Positions 37,242 through 50,003 of a stretch of DNA of 64,000 nucleotides are shown piece by piece. This DNA is from Octopus vulgaris (Eukaryota): assembly GCA_951406725.2 (NCBI GenBank), contig OX597823.1, positions 48,236,001-48,300,000 on the forward strand. Direction: 5' to 3'. Under the pieces are notes generated by a model. The model was not told the origin of the DNA and did not search any database. It worked only from the letters and a program-made list of their open reading frames with translations. How positions within the stretch are numbered: position 1 is the first letter of the stretch; every line of letters starts with the position of its first letter. The position numbers and the translations under genes were made by a program.

Positions 37242-40200
37242 ACAATAAGCTGCCAGGTGTAAACCATTCATTTTATCATCCATTAACGACAACCAATTTC
37301 CAATTTCCAGGAGGAAGGTGCTATATGGTAGCATACCAAGATGATGGATAAAATAACACTGGATGTTTTGTTAAAGCACATGCCTATACCCAGTAGGAAA
37401 GATTATATACATGATCTTTTGGAGGAAATGAATCAATTTGTACATAGAATGCAGTGGAAAGCTTTCTTTTTTGACAAGGAGCTTAAACCTGAATATGGCG
37501 ACCTACTAAGAAAAGTATTCAAATCTAGAAGGAACCCACCAACCAACAAATTTGAAGAAGAATTATATAGTATAGTCAAGGATGCGAAGTTCAGGAAGTA
37601 CCTTAGAAGGTGTAATCAGAAAATTACTTGTCGACTTCAAGAATGCTCTGGGGATACTTGTTCCAGCAGACAAAACAAGTAACATTTACGTTGTTGATAT
37701 TGAACTATATAAGTCTGTGATTAGGAAAGAATTACGCAGCAAATATAGACATGCTAGTAATGACGTATTAAGAAAAATTAACCATACAGATATACAAATC
37801 GTCCGAGATCTAGCCATAGATGATAGAGCCAAACCCTACATCCCCAGAAAACCCCGGATTTTGCTTAAGGGCCATAAAACTAATTTTCTTATTGACCCCT
37901 CAGTTAGATTGATTTGTCCTTCTAAATCCGATATAGGCATTATTAGTAAAAAAATCATTGATAGGGCAATACCTGTCCTTAAGTCTAAAATTAGATTAGC
38001 CCTTGGATGGTTTAAGCTTCTAGAAATTAGTAAGAATAGTAAATTCTTGCAACTAGACATAGAGAGCTACTGTGCCACTATCAACCAGATTGTTCTTAAT
38101 CAAGTCCTGATTTTTAGTATGAAATATTCTGATTTGTCCTGATGTGAAATAGATATTATACTTACTGTGCAAGCCACTCTAGTAGATTTTGATGGTAGAT
38201 TATGGAGTAGATTAGATAGGGAGAATGTATTTGATATAGCAATGGGATCACATGATTCTGCTCAGGCCAGTGACCTAGTAGGAATATATATCCTTTCATT
38301 AATCTAGTCTTCCTTTCCAAAAGTAACAGGGGTTCTATATAGGGATGACACTTTATTTTTTCTAGACAGAAGTAATAAAGTATAGTTAGAAGGCACAGCA
38401 AAAATTTCTTTAGGCTTTTAAAAATTTTTTGACAAAACATTACTATAGGTAAAGATTATTGTAGAGTGAATTTTCTTGACGCTACCTTCTGTCTTGTTAC
38501 TAGATTATTTGAACCATTTCATAAGCCAAATGATCATATTAAGTACATTAACGTAACATCCAACCATCCACCCTCGATTATACGAGGACTAGTTAAGAAT
38601 ATTTCTACAAGAATCTCTAGATTATCTGCTAACAATAAAATTTTTGAATCTCATGCATCTTATTATAATGCTGCTCTAGCTAGGGCTGGGTACTGTGAAA
38701 AAATCCAGTATATGCAAGAAGCAGGCATACACAACACTGGTAATTCCTCCAATTGTGATGCACATTGTATATCAACATAACGTTACCATTTGAGAATTCA
38801 CTCAGATAAAGAATAGAGGCTAGAAAGAATTGGTCATATCAATGAACTACCAACGAAAACTCATAGACACACACGACATAATAATTCAACTGCTTGTTCC
38901 AATCCTGTGCAACACACTCGATCAAATATGCCTAACAACAGATATAGGAATCAGGATGTCATCTGGTTCAACCGATTTTTGGTTTGCATGTTTCAAGATT
39001 GCTGGAAAATTTTTTGCTGCTTTGGACAGGTGTTTTCCTAAATCTAATCGGTATCATGCTATTTTTAATCGACACACCATGAAGGTATCCTATGCCAACT
39101 CTGCTAATTTAGAGCAGCTTATGCATCACATAAACAATAGCAAAATGTGGCAAAGGTTCAGTAACCCATGTAGTGGATCTAGCGAGTGTTTGCATCTAAA
39201 TACCAACCAAGGAGATGTAAACCACATTGATAAACACCAACTACGACCAATTTGTAGTAGTAGAAATATTTATGATACAGCTAGCATGGTAACAATGCCA
39301 GTATGTGGAGTTGGGACTGCCTTATATACAAATAAATGCGATAAATGCTCATGCAGAGAAAAATCAAAATGTCCTTTGATGAATCTCTGTATGAGTACAA
39401 ATCTTGTATATGAATGTACTGTGCAAACAAGAGGAGGTTCCTATGTTTACATTGGGTAGACGGCTGGTTCATTTAAGAATCATTATCGTAACCATGTTGC
39501 CAACTTTAAAACAATCAATAAGAAACATTCAATATCTTTGGCAGATTTTGTATGGTGACTGAAGGAGGATAAAATGGAGTACAGCATTAATTGGTTCATA
39601 GTAAGGTATGTGAAACCAAGCAATATAATTTCCAGGAGATGCTGTCTCTGCTCCAAGGAATTCCTATCTATTCTGTGGACTAACGAGAAGATAATAGAAT
39701 TTCTGAATGACTCTCGAAATGCCTACATGCATATAAATGCGAGAATGAATTTTTAGCAACGATTAACTACTTTGAGGTATGGATGACTTAAATTTACTTT
39801 TAACCTCTCCATTCTTATAAACACTAAGTTGATAAATAACTTGCTTTGTGATCATGAGTGCATCAAACCTCACATGTGCATATGCTCACATTTTTGCAAA
39901 TGCTTGTATGAGTGAGTGTGCTTGCACCATGCAGCTTGTCTGAGGGCATTTATACATCCATACCTGTTAATTGTTATTTTTTATACTTTCCTTGCTGGAT
40001 TGCGTGTTCATTTCTCTTTTTGTCATCTGTGATTTTATTTTTGATCTTCTATATAAATGAAGATATTTCCTCTGTCTGGCTGCTTTTCTCTCTACAAAAC
40101 AGAAAGTTAGATTGCGGAACAGTCATTTTAATGAGTTTTAATTATTTATCACCCAACGAGATACATCTGCACCACTGGATGCTCCTGAATCAGTTGTTGA

Positions 40201-40299
40201 GTGTCCCACCCAAGAGGAATCAATGCTAGATGTACCAAAACAATTGTTGTGATTAATAATAATATATTCTCATATATTCCATCTTCTGTCTTTCATTTG

Positions 40300-40300
<1 letters not shown>
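37242..40300 (+). mobile_element. Penelope-like element A (Naiad-type), near full length, inserted in (TA)n
   Basis: Bounded by TA tracts that appear as one uninterrupted (TA)n at 43545-43576 in the mirror arm. Confidence 0.9.
37341..39756 (+). pseudogene. PLE reverse transcriptase + GIY-YIG endonuclease (frameshifted, stops)
   Basis: RMQWKAFFF, VPADKT, FLQLDIESY (RT motif A), MGSHDSAQASDLVGIYIL (B), GLYRDD (C), VNFLD, SNHPP thumb, CSCREKSKCPLMNLC (CxCx5Cx5C), LVY...YIG, CCLCSKE. Confidence 0.92.
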
Positions 40301-40333
<33 letters not shown>

Positions 40334-41119
40334 GAAGTATATAGTGTAATTATAAAATATAGATATATATAAATAAATATAAATACCATATTGTATTATA
40401 TTATATCATTATTACTATAGAGAGAAGTTACAAGCTCCTTCACAATCTATAGAAATTACACCAGTATATATGAAGGTATATAGATATACAAAATACAATA
40501 ATGTAATATGAGATAAAAGAATAAATAAAATAATGTAAAGTAGAATAAATGGAGAAAATATTTGTATAAAATTTCAATAAGGGATTTATTTGTAAAATGG
40601 AAAAAAAGGAAGAAAGAAACAAAGATAAAAATTTTACATTTCGAATGCCATAAAATATGTACATGATATAAAAAGAGAGATAAAAGATCAAAAAATAAGG
40701 ATAAGTCAAGGTATTCATAACAAAAGCTAATTAAAAAAAACAATTGAAAAATAAACTAAATAAGATAAAGATACCATTGGAAATGGTTTTATAAGATATT
40801 TGTAAGATATATTATTATAGGCACAGATGTATGTAGAATCATAACAGTTCTTAGCAGGTATTTATTATATTTAAGGAAGGTGTAGGATCTGGTAACCCAT
40901 TGTAAATATACTTATCATGACTGATAAGGAAGAAAGTCTTAGCACCAAAGGAGAAGTAATGTAATCTAGATATTGGAGGAATGCAGATTAAACAGGTAGG
41001 GGTTATAAGAGGGCAATATTACATAAAATTCCATTCAATAGAGGGTATGATATTAAAGATATGACACACCAAATAACTTATGTCACCAAATTATAGTATG
41101 ATATGTATAATATTATTTG

Positions 41120-41548
41120 TCTCTAAAATATTTGAAGGTATGGGTGATTCTATGCACACAAGATATCCCAAAGTTTAATATATTATTTATTAGGTTATTC
41201 TTATCTCTATACTTAAAATTTCTGTACAACATAGTTTGCATCCATATTAGCTATCTTTGTATGGCTGAGCTCCTCGTACTATGTCCCATTTAAGGCTAAA
41301 TTTACTATTGCTTTCTTTAAGTTCCTAGATTTTACTAGATAATGATGTACCATTAGCTTTATGCCTAAGTCTAAAAGATGAAAGATAGTTATTAAGGCAC
41401 TTCTTCATATTAATCGAGTGCCCAGTGTAAATAAAGTTACTAGTTTCTGTCATCACTGTATATTTGTAAACAACATTTTTGGCTAAACAGTGACCTAATA
41501 ATGGGCACTGAGATTCTAGTCTGTAATTGCAGCTGGGAATATTATTGC

Positions 41549-41636
<88 letters not shown>

Positions 41637-41644
41637 GGTGGTAT

Positions 41645-41721
<77 letters not shown>

Positions 41722-41890
41722 ATAGTAGTAGTAGTAGTAATAGTACTTCTATCATTCATAGTACCACTCAAGTCCATTGTAGTATTATCATGTGTTTTGC
41801 CACTAACACCTGAATTATGTTTGGCAGTATCAGTGTTTATATTAGTTCTATGGTTCAGGGTTTCTTCATTTCTACTATTATTATGCAGAC
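41120..41890 (-). pseudogene. PLE B linker, Zn finger and GIY-YIG endonuclease remnant
   Basis: CNYRLESQCPLLGHC...VVY...YTG...SSFRL...TSLSSKI*ELK...LKWDI...CKLC. Confidence 0.85.
41545..41745. repeat. (TAT)n/(TAG)n microsatellite within the PLE linker
   Basis: Encodes in-frame poly-Thr/poly-Asn on minus. Confidence 0.95.
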
Positions 41891-41987
41891 AATACAGGAC
41901 AGACTTGGTGCCTCAACTTAAGCATCTAATTCAACTGAATCTTAATTATTTCTCAACTTGTCAACTGTACTTATACGACATTAACAA

Positions 41988-42710
41988 GATGGAAAGGGTA
42001 AATATGGAATTTTCTCTAAAGGATATCCCCATTCATAGTAAGGATAAATTCATGTGGCTATTAACCCATAGGATTAATGAATTTGTTAGGAGGATAAGGT
42101 GGATGGTTTACCATCATGAAGCTAAGATGAAGAAAAAAGACCTGGAAACATACAATAAAAATTATTATAAGATTTCAAAAGCAGAAAAAATCCTCCACCT
42201 AGCTCACTACTGGAAAACTTTGTAAAAGATTTATTCAAACTAATATCTAATATAAAATTCAAGGAACACCCACTTAGGAGAATCTTATACCTGAGGAACT
42301 TAAAGACTTAATTAAATTGCTACAGAATAAACTGGGAATACTTGTGCCAACAGACAAAACAATGAACTTATATAGATTAAACTATGAAACCTATAAAAGA
42401 CTAATATTAAAAGAGCTTAATGCCAAATATAGAGTAACCACAGAAAAGAATCTCTTAGATATTAACTTGGAAATTAAAGAAATTATGATGGACTGTGACT
42501 TGGTAGATAGAATGGAATCCAGGAAGCCAAATGAACCCAGAAATAAGCTCAAAGACCACAAAAGGAATTTTCATGATAATCCCTTTATTAGACTTATTTG
42601 CCCGATTAAATCAAATATTGGTCAACTTAGTAAATCCAATCTTGATACGATATTACCCCTAATAATTCCTAGTTTATCTCTTAAATTATGGTGTGATACT
42701 GAAGAAGTAA
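41988..42710 (+). pseudogene. PLE B N-terminal ORF remnant (truncated before the RT core)
   Basis: FSLKDIPIHSK...FVRRIRW, LGILVPTDKT, LKDHKRNF..NPFIRLICPIKSNIG..SK, LWCDTEEVI; paralogous to 37341-38010. Confidence 0.88.
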
Positions 42711-43540
42711 TAATATTATACATATACTATAATTTGGTGACATAATCTGGTGGGTCATGTCTTTCATATCATACCCTCTATTGCATGGAATTTTATGTAA
42801 TTATTGTCTTCTTATAAACCCTACCTGCTTAATTTGCATTCCTCCTATACTTAGATTACATACTCTCTATTATATGGAATTTTATGTAATATTGCCCTCT
42901 TATAACCCCTACCTGTTTAATCTGCATTCCTCTATTATTTAGATTACATTACTTCTTCAGTTCTAAGACTTTCTTCCCTATCAGCTATGATCCTACACCT
43001 TCCTTAAATATTATAAATACCTGCTAAGAACTGTTATGATTCTACATACATCTGTGCCTGTAATAATATATCTTACAAATATCTTATAAAACCATTTCCA
43101 ATGGTATCTTTATTATATTTTGTTTATTTTTCAATTATTTTTTAATTAGCTTTTGTTATGAATACCTTGACTTAACCTTTTTTTTTTTATCTTTTATCTC
43201 TTTTTTTCATATTCAGTACATATTTTATGGCATTCGAAATGTAAAATTTTTATCTTTGTTTCTTTCTTCCCTTTTTTTCATTTTATAAATCCCTTATTGA
43301 AATTTTATACAAATATTTTTCCCTTTTATTCTGCTTTACATTATTAAATTTATTCTTTTATCTCATATTATATCATTGTATTTTGTATATCTATATACCT
43401 TCATATATACTGTTGTAATTTCTATAGATTGTGAAGGAGCTTGTAACTTCTCTCTATAGTAATCATGATATAATATAATACAATATGGTATTTATATATA
43501 TTTATTTATATCTATATTTTATAATTACACTATATACTTC

Positions 43541-43578
<38 letters not shown>

Positions 43579-44526
43579 TATTTTTATTCCTTATATCAAC
43601 TCAGATTTTTTGAAAATATTAGTAATTTTTTAATATATATATATTTTCCAAGGTTTTTAAATAAATTTACCTGTTATAGAAATATTCATCTTATTTTTTA
43701 GCCCTTAATCTTTGGTTGTGATTCAATAGAAAATGTATAACTCTACTCGGTTGATATCTGAATTTTATTATAGATTCATTGTTGAATAATTTTATCATTA
43801 CCACCTTGACATTATGCTAGAAATAAGTATAATGAGGTTTCTTTCTATATAGAAGTACCCCACACTTATGGCTTAGATTGTTTTATCTATCCCTCTTCTC
43901 TTACTGGATCCTTAAATACTTTTCTAAATCTTAATATTTTAATAGATAAACTTTGCTAACTTTAGATACATATGTTTCCCCTGTATTCCTAATTCACATG
44001 CTTAGATCTCAATATGATCTTTGCTTCCCATTTTTGGCCCTTTTAGTTAATAATCATAATATGTTAAGCCACCCCTGTTCTTTCTCTTTCAGGTTATCAC
44101 CTCATCCTTATATCACTATCTAACTAGCATCTTCTGAGACATATTCTTTTATATAGGTATGACTGATTTTATCATCATAATGAAATAGGAGTATGGAAGA
44201 ATATCTGACATTAATTTATCACCACCAACAAGAACTTAATTGTCAATTCTCAATGGTTTTAATTCTAATGGGATGTAGACTACTTGCTGCATTGGGTCTG
44301 TTGAATATGATAAGGATAGAAACGAAAGTAGCTATATCACCATTCCCTTTTATTGACCCCATTATTTCATTCAGCCACTCTAAATTATAGGAGGATTTAG
44401 GTATCTTTTCCCTACAATAATAGCAAAATAATAGCAAAAAGAAGCAATGTATTTAGTCTGTAGCACTAACAAAAATCTGCTACAAAAATTCTAACGGAGT
44501 ATCCTGTATGCTGGAAATCTCTATGG

Positions 44527-45000
44527 AGTAGTCAAACCCAGCAGGTGTCACTGTTGACTGTCTGTTAGCTTGGCGATGACTATTGATACCCAGTGCTGCT
44601 GCTGTAGTCTCATTTAGAGAGATTTAGAAATAATAATATTTCTCTTTTTGAAACCCAGTGGATATGTTCCACTGAAAATATATAAATCTTTGATCATAGA
44701 GTCAACAGAAACACCTGCTGAGTTCGACTACTTTTGATAAAGGGCAATTTGCACATTGATAAAGAGCAAATACTCTGAAACTAATCTGTGGATGTCCGAA
44801 CCAGCATGGGGAAGCTGATGACCTCCCCTGTTTGAAGGTTGTAATGGATACAGGTTTGTGTATCACATAAACTAGAGGTTATGGCCTCTTAGAGTTAATT
44901 AATGGCAGCATTCATCCTATTTTTCTGGACTGCCATGTTAGCTTGACAATAACTATTAATACTCAGTACTGCTGCTGTAGTCTCCTTTAGAGAGATTTAA
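44527..45000 (+). mobile_element. PLE-like terminal repeat unit (tandem plus inverted pieces) with degenerate HHR
   Basis: Direct repeat 44570-44630 / 44943-45000; inverted piece 44527-44560 vs 44700-44732; ends in (TA)n. Confidence 0.65.
44752..44790 (+). ncRNA. Minimal type I hammerhead ribozyme, decayed
   Basis: CACA-tTGATaA-AGAG caaata CTCT-GAAAC-TA-aTC-TGTG; stems I and II intact, three transitions in core/stem III. Confidence 0.55.
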
Positions 45001-45002
45001 AT

Positions 45003-45055
<53 letters not shown>

Positions 45056-45479
45056 GACCTGCTTTTTTCAGCTTCCATATACTTGCATAAGATGCCAGGC
45101 AGAGTGACTGACCCTAAAACCATGTGGTTTGGGTGGAAATTTCTAACCACACCACCATATATGTTTACAGCTATGTCTCTGTGTTTGTGTCTCTCTGCAC
45201 AACTACTTAACAAATGGTGTCAGTTTGTTTATGTCCTTATAACTTAGCAGTTCAGCAAAGAGATCCAATAAAATAAGTACCAGGCTTTAAGACATAAGTG
45301 CTGAGTGTGGGTGAAATTTGTTCAAATAAACCCTTCAAAGTGGTACTCCAGCATGGCCACAGTCCAATAACTGAAACATGTAAAAAATTAAAGATAATGC
45401 AAAAGTATATCTGACCTTGACAATAAATATCTTTTGAAAGACTTTTGGGTGTTTGCTATGGGAAATAAATTGGAACTCC

Positions 45480-45775
45480 ATCGGTTATGATGACATGGGT
45501 TCCAGCTGATCTGCTCATGAAATTAATGTGCAAGTGGTTGAGGACTCCACAGACACATGTACCCTTACAACTGTTCTCAGGGTGACTCAGCATGACACAG
45601 AATATGATAAGGCTGGCTCTTTGAATTACAGGTACTACTCATTTTTGCCAGCTGAATAAACTGGAGCAATATGTAATAAAGTGTCTTGCTCAAGGACAGG
45701 ATGTGCTGCCACGTATCGAACTCACAACCTTATGATCATAAGCTGAATAACCTAACTACTTAGCTACCCACCTTC
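45480..45775 (-). mobile_element. SINE family 1
   Basis: Homologous to 24180-24470. Confidence 0.8.
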
Positions 45776-46559
45776 ATGGCTTTCAATTCAAATTCTAAAA
45801 CTGTAAGAAAATATGTTGCGTACAGAGCTGTGTTTCCAGATTTGAAATCACTCTCTTTTCTTAGTCTTCTGTTTACTGAATTGTTGGTAGTTTGACTTCA
45901 AGCCAGTTATTCTCTTATAGATCTTGTCGTAAAGGCATAACTTAAGTGCTTGCTTTAATCACTTTGTGCATTTCTTATAACACAAGTTCCTGTGTGTATG
46001 TATGTGTAAATATTTGTTGTTTGGCTGCAGCTGAACCATGATCAAGTTGCCTAATGATCAAAAACATAGTCACAAACATTCTGCCTTTTTAAAGGGATTT
46101 CTAGGACTACATAATCTAATGTGTGCTTTGCTTATTCACAGAAGAGGATGTAACAGAAGGAATACTTATTCACAGAAGTGAATGTAACAGGGAATGTCTT
46201 TGATCATAGGTCTGCTTAATCAAGGCTGCTAACTTTGGGCTAAACAAAAGCAAATAACATCTTATTGAGAAAGGGAAAAATCATTAGAAACCATTTGTAA
46301 AAGACCTTTGACAAATAGAGTTGTTAATGCTGTCATTGTTAATACATTTATATTCAATTGAATAATTGCTAGAATCTGAGGAAGATGTTTTCTCTTTTAT
46401 AAAAAAAAATATAAAATTTGGACACAATATGACTGAATTTTCATAAATGTGATCAATGAGCAAATTAACCAATCTCATTTTATTTTTTTAAAGTTTTATG
46501 TTTTTGCTGATAAAACATAACATGTGACCAAGGGATTTATAAATACTTACAAATGACAA

Positions 46560-46920
46560 GGGACCTTGAGATATGATGATTTGTTGTACTTGATAAAATA
46601 TGTCAAGCTAAGTAAAACCACTGTCTTCCACACACACAGGCTTGTCTTCTCAGGTGCCAGTACCACTTAGAAATCACCCTTGCCAATGTTGTGTTAACGC
46701 ACCCATACCGGTGCTGCGTAAATGCACCCATGCCAGTGGAATGTAAAAAGAACTTGGCACATTCTGTTAAACAGTTGGCATTAAGAAGGGTATCAAGCCA
46801 TAGTAACCATGCCACAACAGATAGTTGGGGGCCTGGATAGCTCCCTGCTAGTCAGCTCCATGTCAAACTATCCAACCCATGCCAGCATGGAGAGCAGACA
46901 TTAAACAATGATGACGATGA
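46560..46920 (+). mobile_element. RTE LINE 3' UTR
   Basis: ttggcattaagaagggtatc...ccaacccatgccagcatgg...ttaaacaatgatgac. Confidence 0.75.
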
Positions 46921-47041
46921 CAAATGTTTTCGTCAATAAACAACATAAATAAATCCTAAACAAAAATAGATTTAAGCAAATGTGATGAAATAAATAAAAG
47001 TCTGGGCAGTCATCTCAGAAGAAGAAGATAATATATTTTAA

Positions 47042-47257
47042 CCCTTTCGTTACTGTATTTATTTTGAGATGCTCTGTGTTTCTTTCAATTACTTTAAATA
47101 TAAGAATTTAGTAAAATAACATAGTTATCATTCAGCTAGTGTTAGGAACATAAATTGTGACGAAGGTTTGGTGGAAGGTTTTAATTTAAAACTTACGAAA
47201 ACAAGACATTTGTACTCAGAACCAGAGCTGGTTTCAGCCGGGTTAGTAACGAAAGGG
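47042..47257 (+). mobile_element. piggyBac-type MITE with perfect TIRs
   Basis: TTAA-CCCTTTCGTTACT...AGTAACGAAAGGG-TTAA. Confidence 0.9.
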
Positions 47258-47261
47258 TTAA

Positions 47262-47462
47262 ACCATCTATGACCAAAATATTCTGCCTGTTTTATGTTGA
47301 AACCATCCAGATCCAGCCTCTCTCATCTACCATACAATGTTGTTCTAAATATAAATAACCACATCGACAAAATCTTTAAGTTACAAGATAATGACTGACT
47401 AATTCAAAGCAAGGTGAATGAATAAACTTCACATTTGACAGAATAATCTGGAAGCTAAAGGG
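47262..47462 (+). mobile_element. Second piggyBac-type MITE family, left end missing
   Basis: Homologous to the 13390-13600 unit; ends GCTAAAGGG-TTAA. Confidence 0.7.
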
Positions 47463-47477
47463 TTAAAGTATTTTACT

Positions 47478-47885
47478 TACATAACTTTGAAAGCCCATCT
47501 GGAAAACATCCAGACAAACATTTGATTCATCTGCATAAACAAGACAAAAAGTAAAATTGGCCTTTACCATAAACAAATCTGGGATGACTTTAGCAGGAGA
47601 CAAACAGCATACTGTAATAAGACTGGTTCAAGAACATTATAAAAAAAGGTTATGTAAATTCATGAAGTTTGATATTCTTGACAATTTCTATGTTTGTTTT
47701 TGAAAATATGAGGAATTTAGAAATACTCACCCCAATCAGCAAAATACATATGAAATTATAAGTAATCCTCCCCCCAAAAAAACTCTTCAGTCTCAAGGTA
47801 AATTGACTTTGGTAATGAAACCTGATGACAAACCAATAAATGTTAACATGGATAGTTCTGATGGAGCTGAGATTTGTGAATATTA
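47478..47885 (+). pseudogene. Third, older Naiad-type PLE RT fragment
   Basis: ITLKAHLEN...INKTKSKIG, DWFKNI...CKFMKFDI, NVNMDSSDGAEICE (RT motifs A and B); missed by the ORF track. Confidence 0.75.
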
Positions 47886-48224
47886 TGTTTATGCAGCATG
47901 ATTGAATGGTTAATAGGGTAATAGGTTAGCTTCATTATCATGAGATCTCAGGTGGCACCTGGTCTTTTGCTCTGGGTTAACTTAAGCATTGTGAGTGAAA
48001 TTGGGTAGATCGAAACTGTTCAGAAACCCACTGAATGGATTGTACATGTAATCTGAAAGCCTGGTCACATCACACTGTAGTATACTGATTCTGCCAAGAT
48101 TTATGTAAAAGGACAATTGACTGATAAGTCCCTTAACCCCTTGAGGGTCTTTGGGGCACTGCAGCCATGCAGCATATCTAGGGCAAGAAAGCCTGGCAGA
48201 GCCCATCCCTTCCCAGGCTAAACA

Positions 48225-48515
48225 CATTTCTACAGCAGAGTGAACTTGAGCAATGTGAAATTAAGTGTTTTGCTCAAGAATACATCGGATTGCTCAGTCC
48301 AGGGATTGAAATCACAATCCTACATTTGTGAATCCAACACCCTAACCACGAAGGGACATGCCTCCACTCGTGGTACTCATTTCTACAGCTGAATGGACTG
48401 GAGCAACGTGAAGTGAAATGATTTTTTCTCGGGAACACAATGCATCACCCAGTCCAGGAATTGAAACCACAGTCTTATGATTGTGAATCCAACATCCTAA
48501 CCACTAAAGAACATA
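48225..48515 (-). mobile_element. Two tandem family-1 SINE heads
   Basis: catttctacagc...gagcaa...aatccaacaccctaaccac occurs twice. Confidence 0.75.
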
Positions 48516-49276
48516 TGTCTAATTGAATGAGCAAGTAGTTCAGTTGATTGAATAACTGGGTACTCATCAAGGAAAACAATAGAGATTTATTTTATGTACT
48601 TAATATGCTGTAAAGTAAATTTCATATTTAAAGACCAGAAGTCTGGTAAGTTAAGGGAAACTCTAATTCAAGCATTCAGAATGTTAGACTTTTTCCTTTC
48701 CATCAGAAATTTCTGTGGAATTAACTTCAGAAACATTTCACTGGATGCCTACCAAGTAATACCAACCAGATAATTAACACATATAATTAAATCATCAAAC
48801 CAATACATCATCCATTATTCCACTAATTAGGTTAGATCATCAATGGAGTTTATACATGGTCATTCAACCAACAAGCAGTATCAGCCAAATCTTCTTTAAA
48901 CCATACCTAACCATCTTAACTCAGGAAATAACAGATTGGATTAATGCTATCCTTGGCAAACTCCTAAAATGGTCATGTCTGGGAAATTTTGATCATAGAC
49001 CTGCTCAATCTGGCTGAGTTAATCTCAGAAAGTAGACATAAAAGCAAATATTGGTTGATATTCCATAATTTATGAACCAATAGCAAATCTGTACATTGCC
49101 TGACTAACAAGACTAATAGAGTTTCACTGCCAATGACTGGAGTTAGTAAGACACTGAGAACAGTACATTACATTAATTTTCTCATCTTCATACACAGCAA
49201 ATCTGTCTCAAAATTAATGAAATAATGTAAGTGCATAAAGCCAATTATTGCAGTTGCAGTGTCTATTTTTGGTTTA

Positions 49277-50003
49277 TGTTGTAATCCTTAATGTAGGATT
49301 ATTATAACACCCACTCTGGTAGAGCAAGATAGTTAATAAGATAAGTAAGACCACAACTATCTATGACCATCTACCATGTACTCTCTGTTTATACTGACTG
49401 ACATCACCTTATCGATAGTGACTATTGCATACTATTCATCCTGTGGGAGGGGTGTATCATTATTACTATTATCCCCACAACATCTCCCCTTTTAAGTTTT
49501 TTTGTTTTTTTCTTAAGGAGAATCGTTTTATTTCTTTTAATAGCAACACTTTTTATATCACCCCACCTCCCTTTTTTGAGGTTTTTCTTCTTAGTTACAC
49601 ATTAAATATGTTTTCCACTTGGCATCCATTTCCAGGAACTCCATACATCTTTTTCTTACGCTTGGGCACCTAGGTTCAGTTACCTGTAGTGGTGTTGGTA
49701 CTTGAAAAATATCATATAACCATTTCATTGGTTTTTCCATTCTCATGGGTTTGCTCTCAATGAATCTTTTTTCCAGTTGGTTCATGTGTCTCTTGTATAT
49801 GCCTTTTCTACTTTTTACCTAGTATAGCATTTTTCCTATGCTTTTGGTAATCCTGTCATCTTCCCAACTCTGTCTTCCATTCTCATATGCCCTCACAAAA
49901 ACCTTTTCACCAATTTTGAAAAATCTTGCTGTATTTTCCCTTGCAATTTTTCTGTTCTTATCCAGTAGCAATTTGTTGAAGACTGATTTTATTTTCCTCA
50001 CAT
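49277..50003 (-). mobile_element. Gypsy LTR retrotransposon 3' remnant: integrase C-terminus, PPT, LTR
   Basis: FKIGEKVFVRAY...W...I.K.IG..LY...KRHMNQL; PPT AAAAGGGGAGA adjacent to a 206-bp LTR 49277-49482 with TGTTG...CAACA ends. Confidence 0.8.

Larger units (their letters stand above)
36160..44526. mobile_element. Penelope-like element B with ~1.8-kb inverted arms (head-to-head structure)
   Basis: Left arm 36289-37225 plus 40325-41117 is the reverse complement of 42709-44518; spacer encodes a minus-strand GIY-YIG end and a plus-strand N-terminal ORF. Confidence 0.9.

Noticed and set aside
38140-39560. In-frame TGA codons in element A as possible selenocysteine (reported for some Naiads)
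   Set aside because: The TGAs are not at Cys motif positions, fit CGA->TGA decay, and occur with TAG stops and frameshifts
39935-40125. Possible HHR in the element A 3' UTR (ctgaggg...tgcggaacagtc)
   Set aside because: Both core boxes are mutated and the stems are unconvincing
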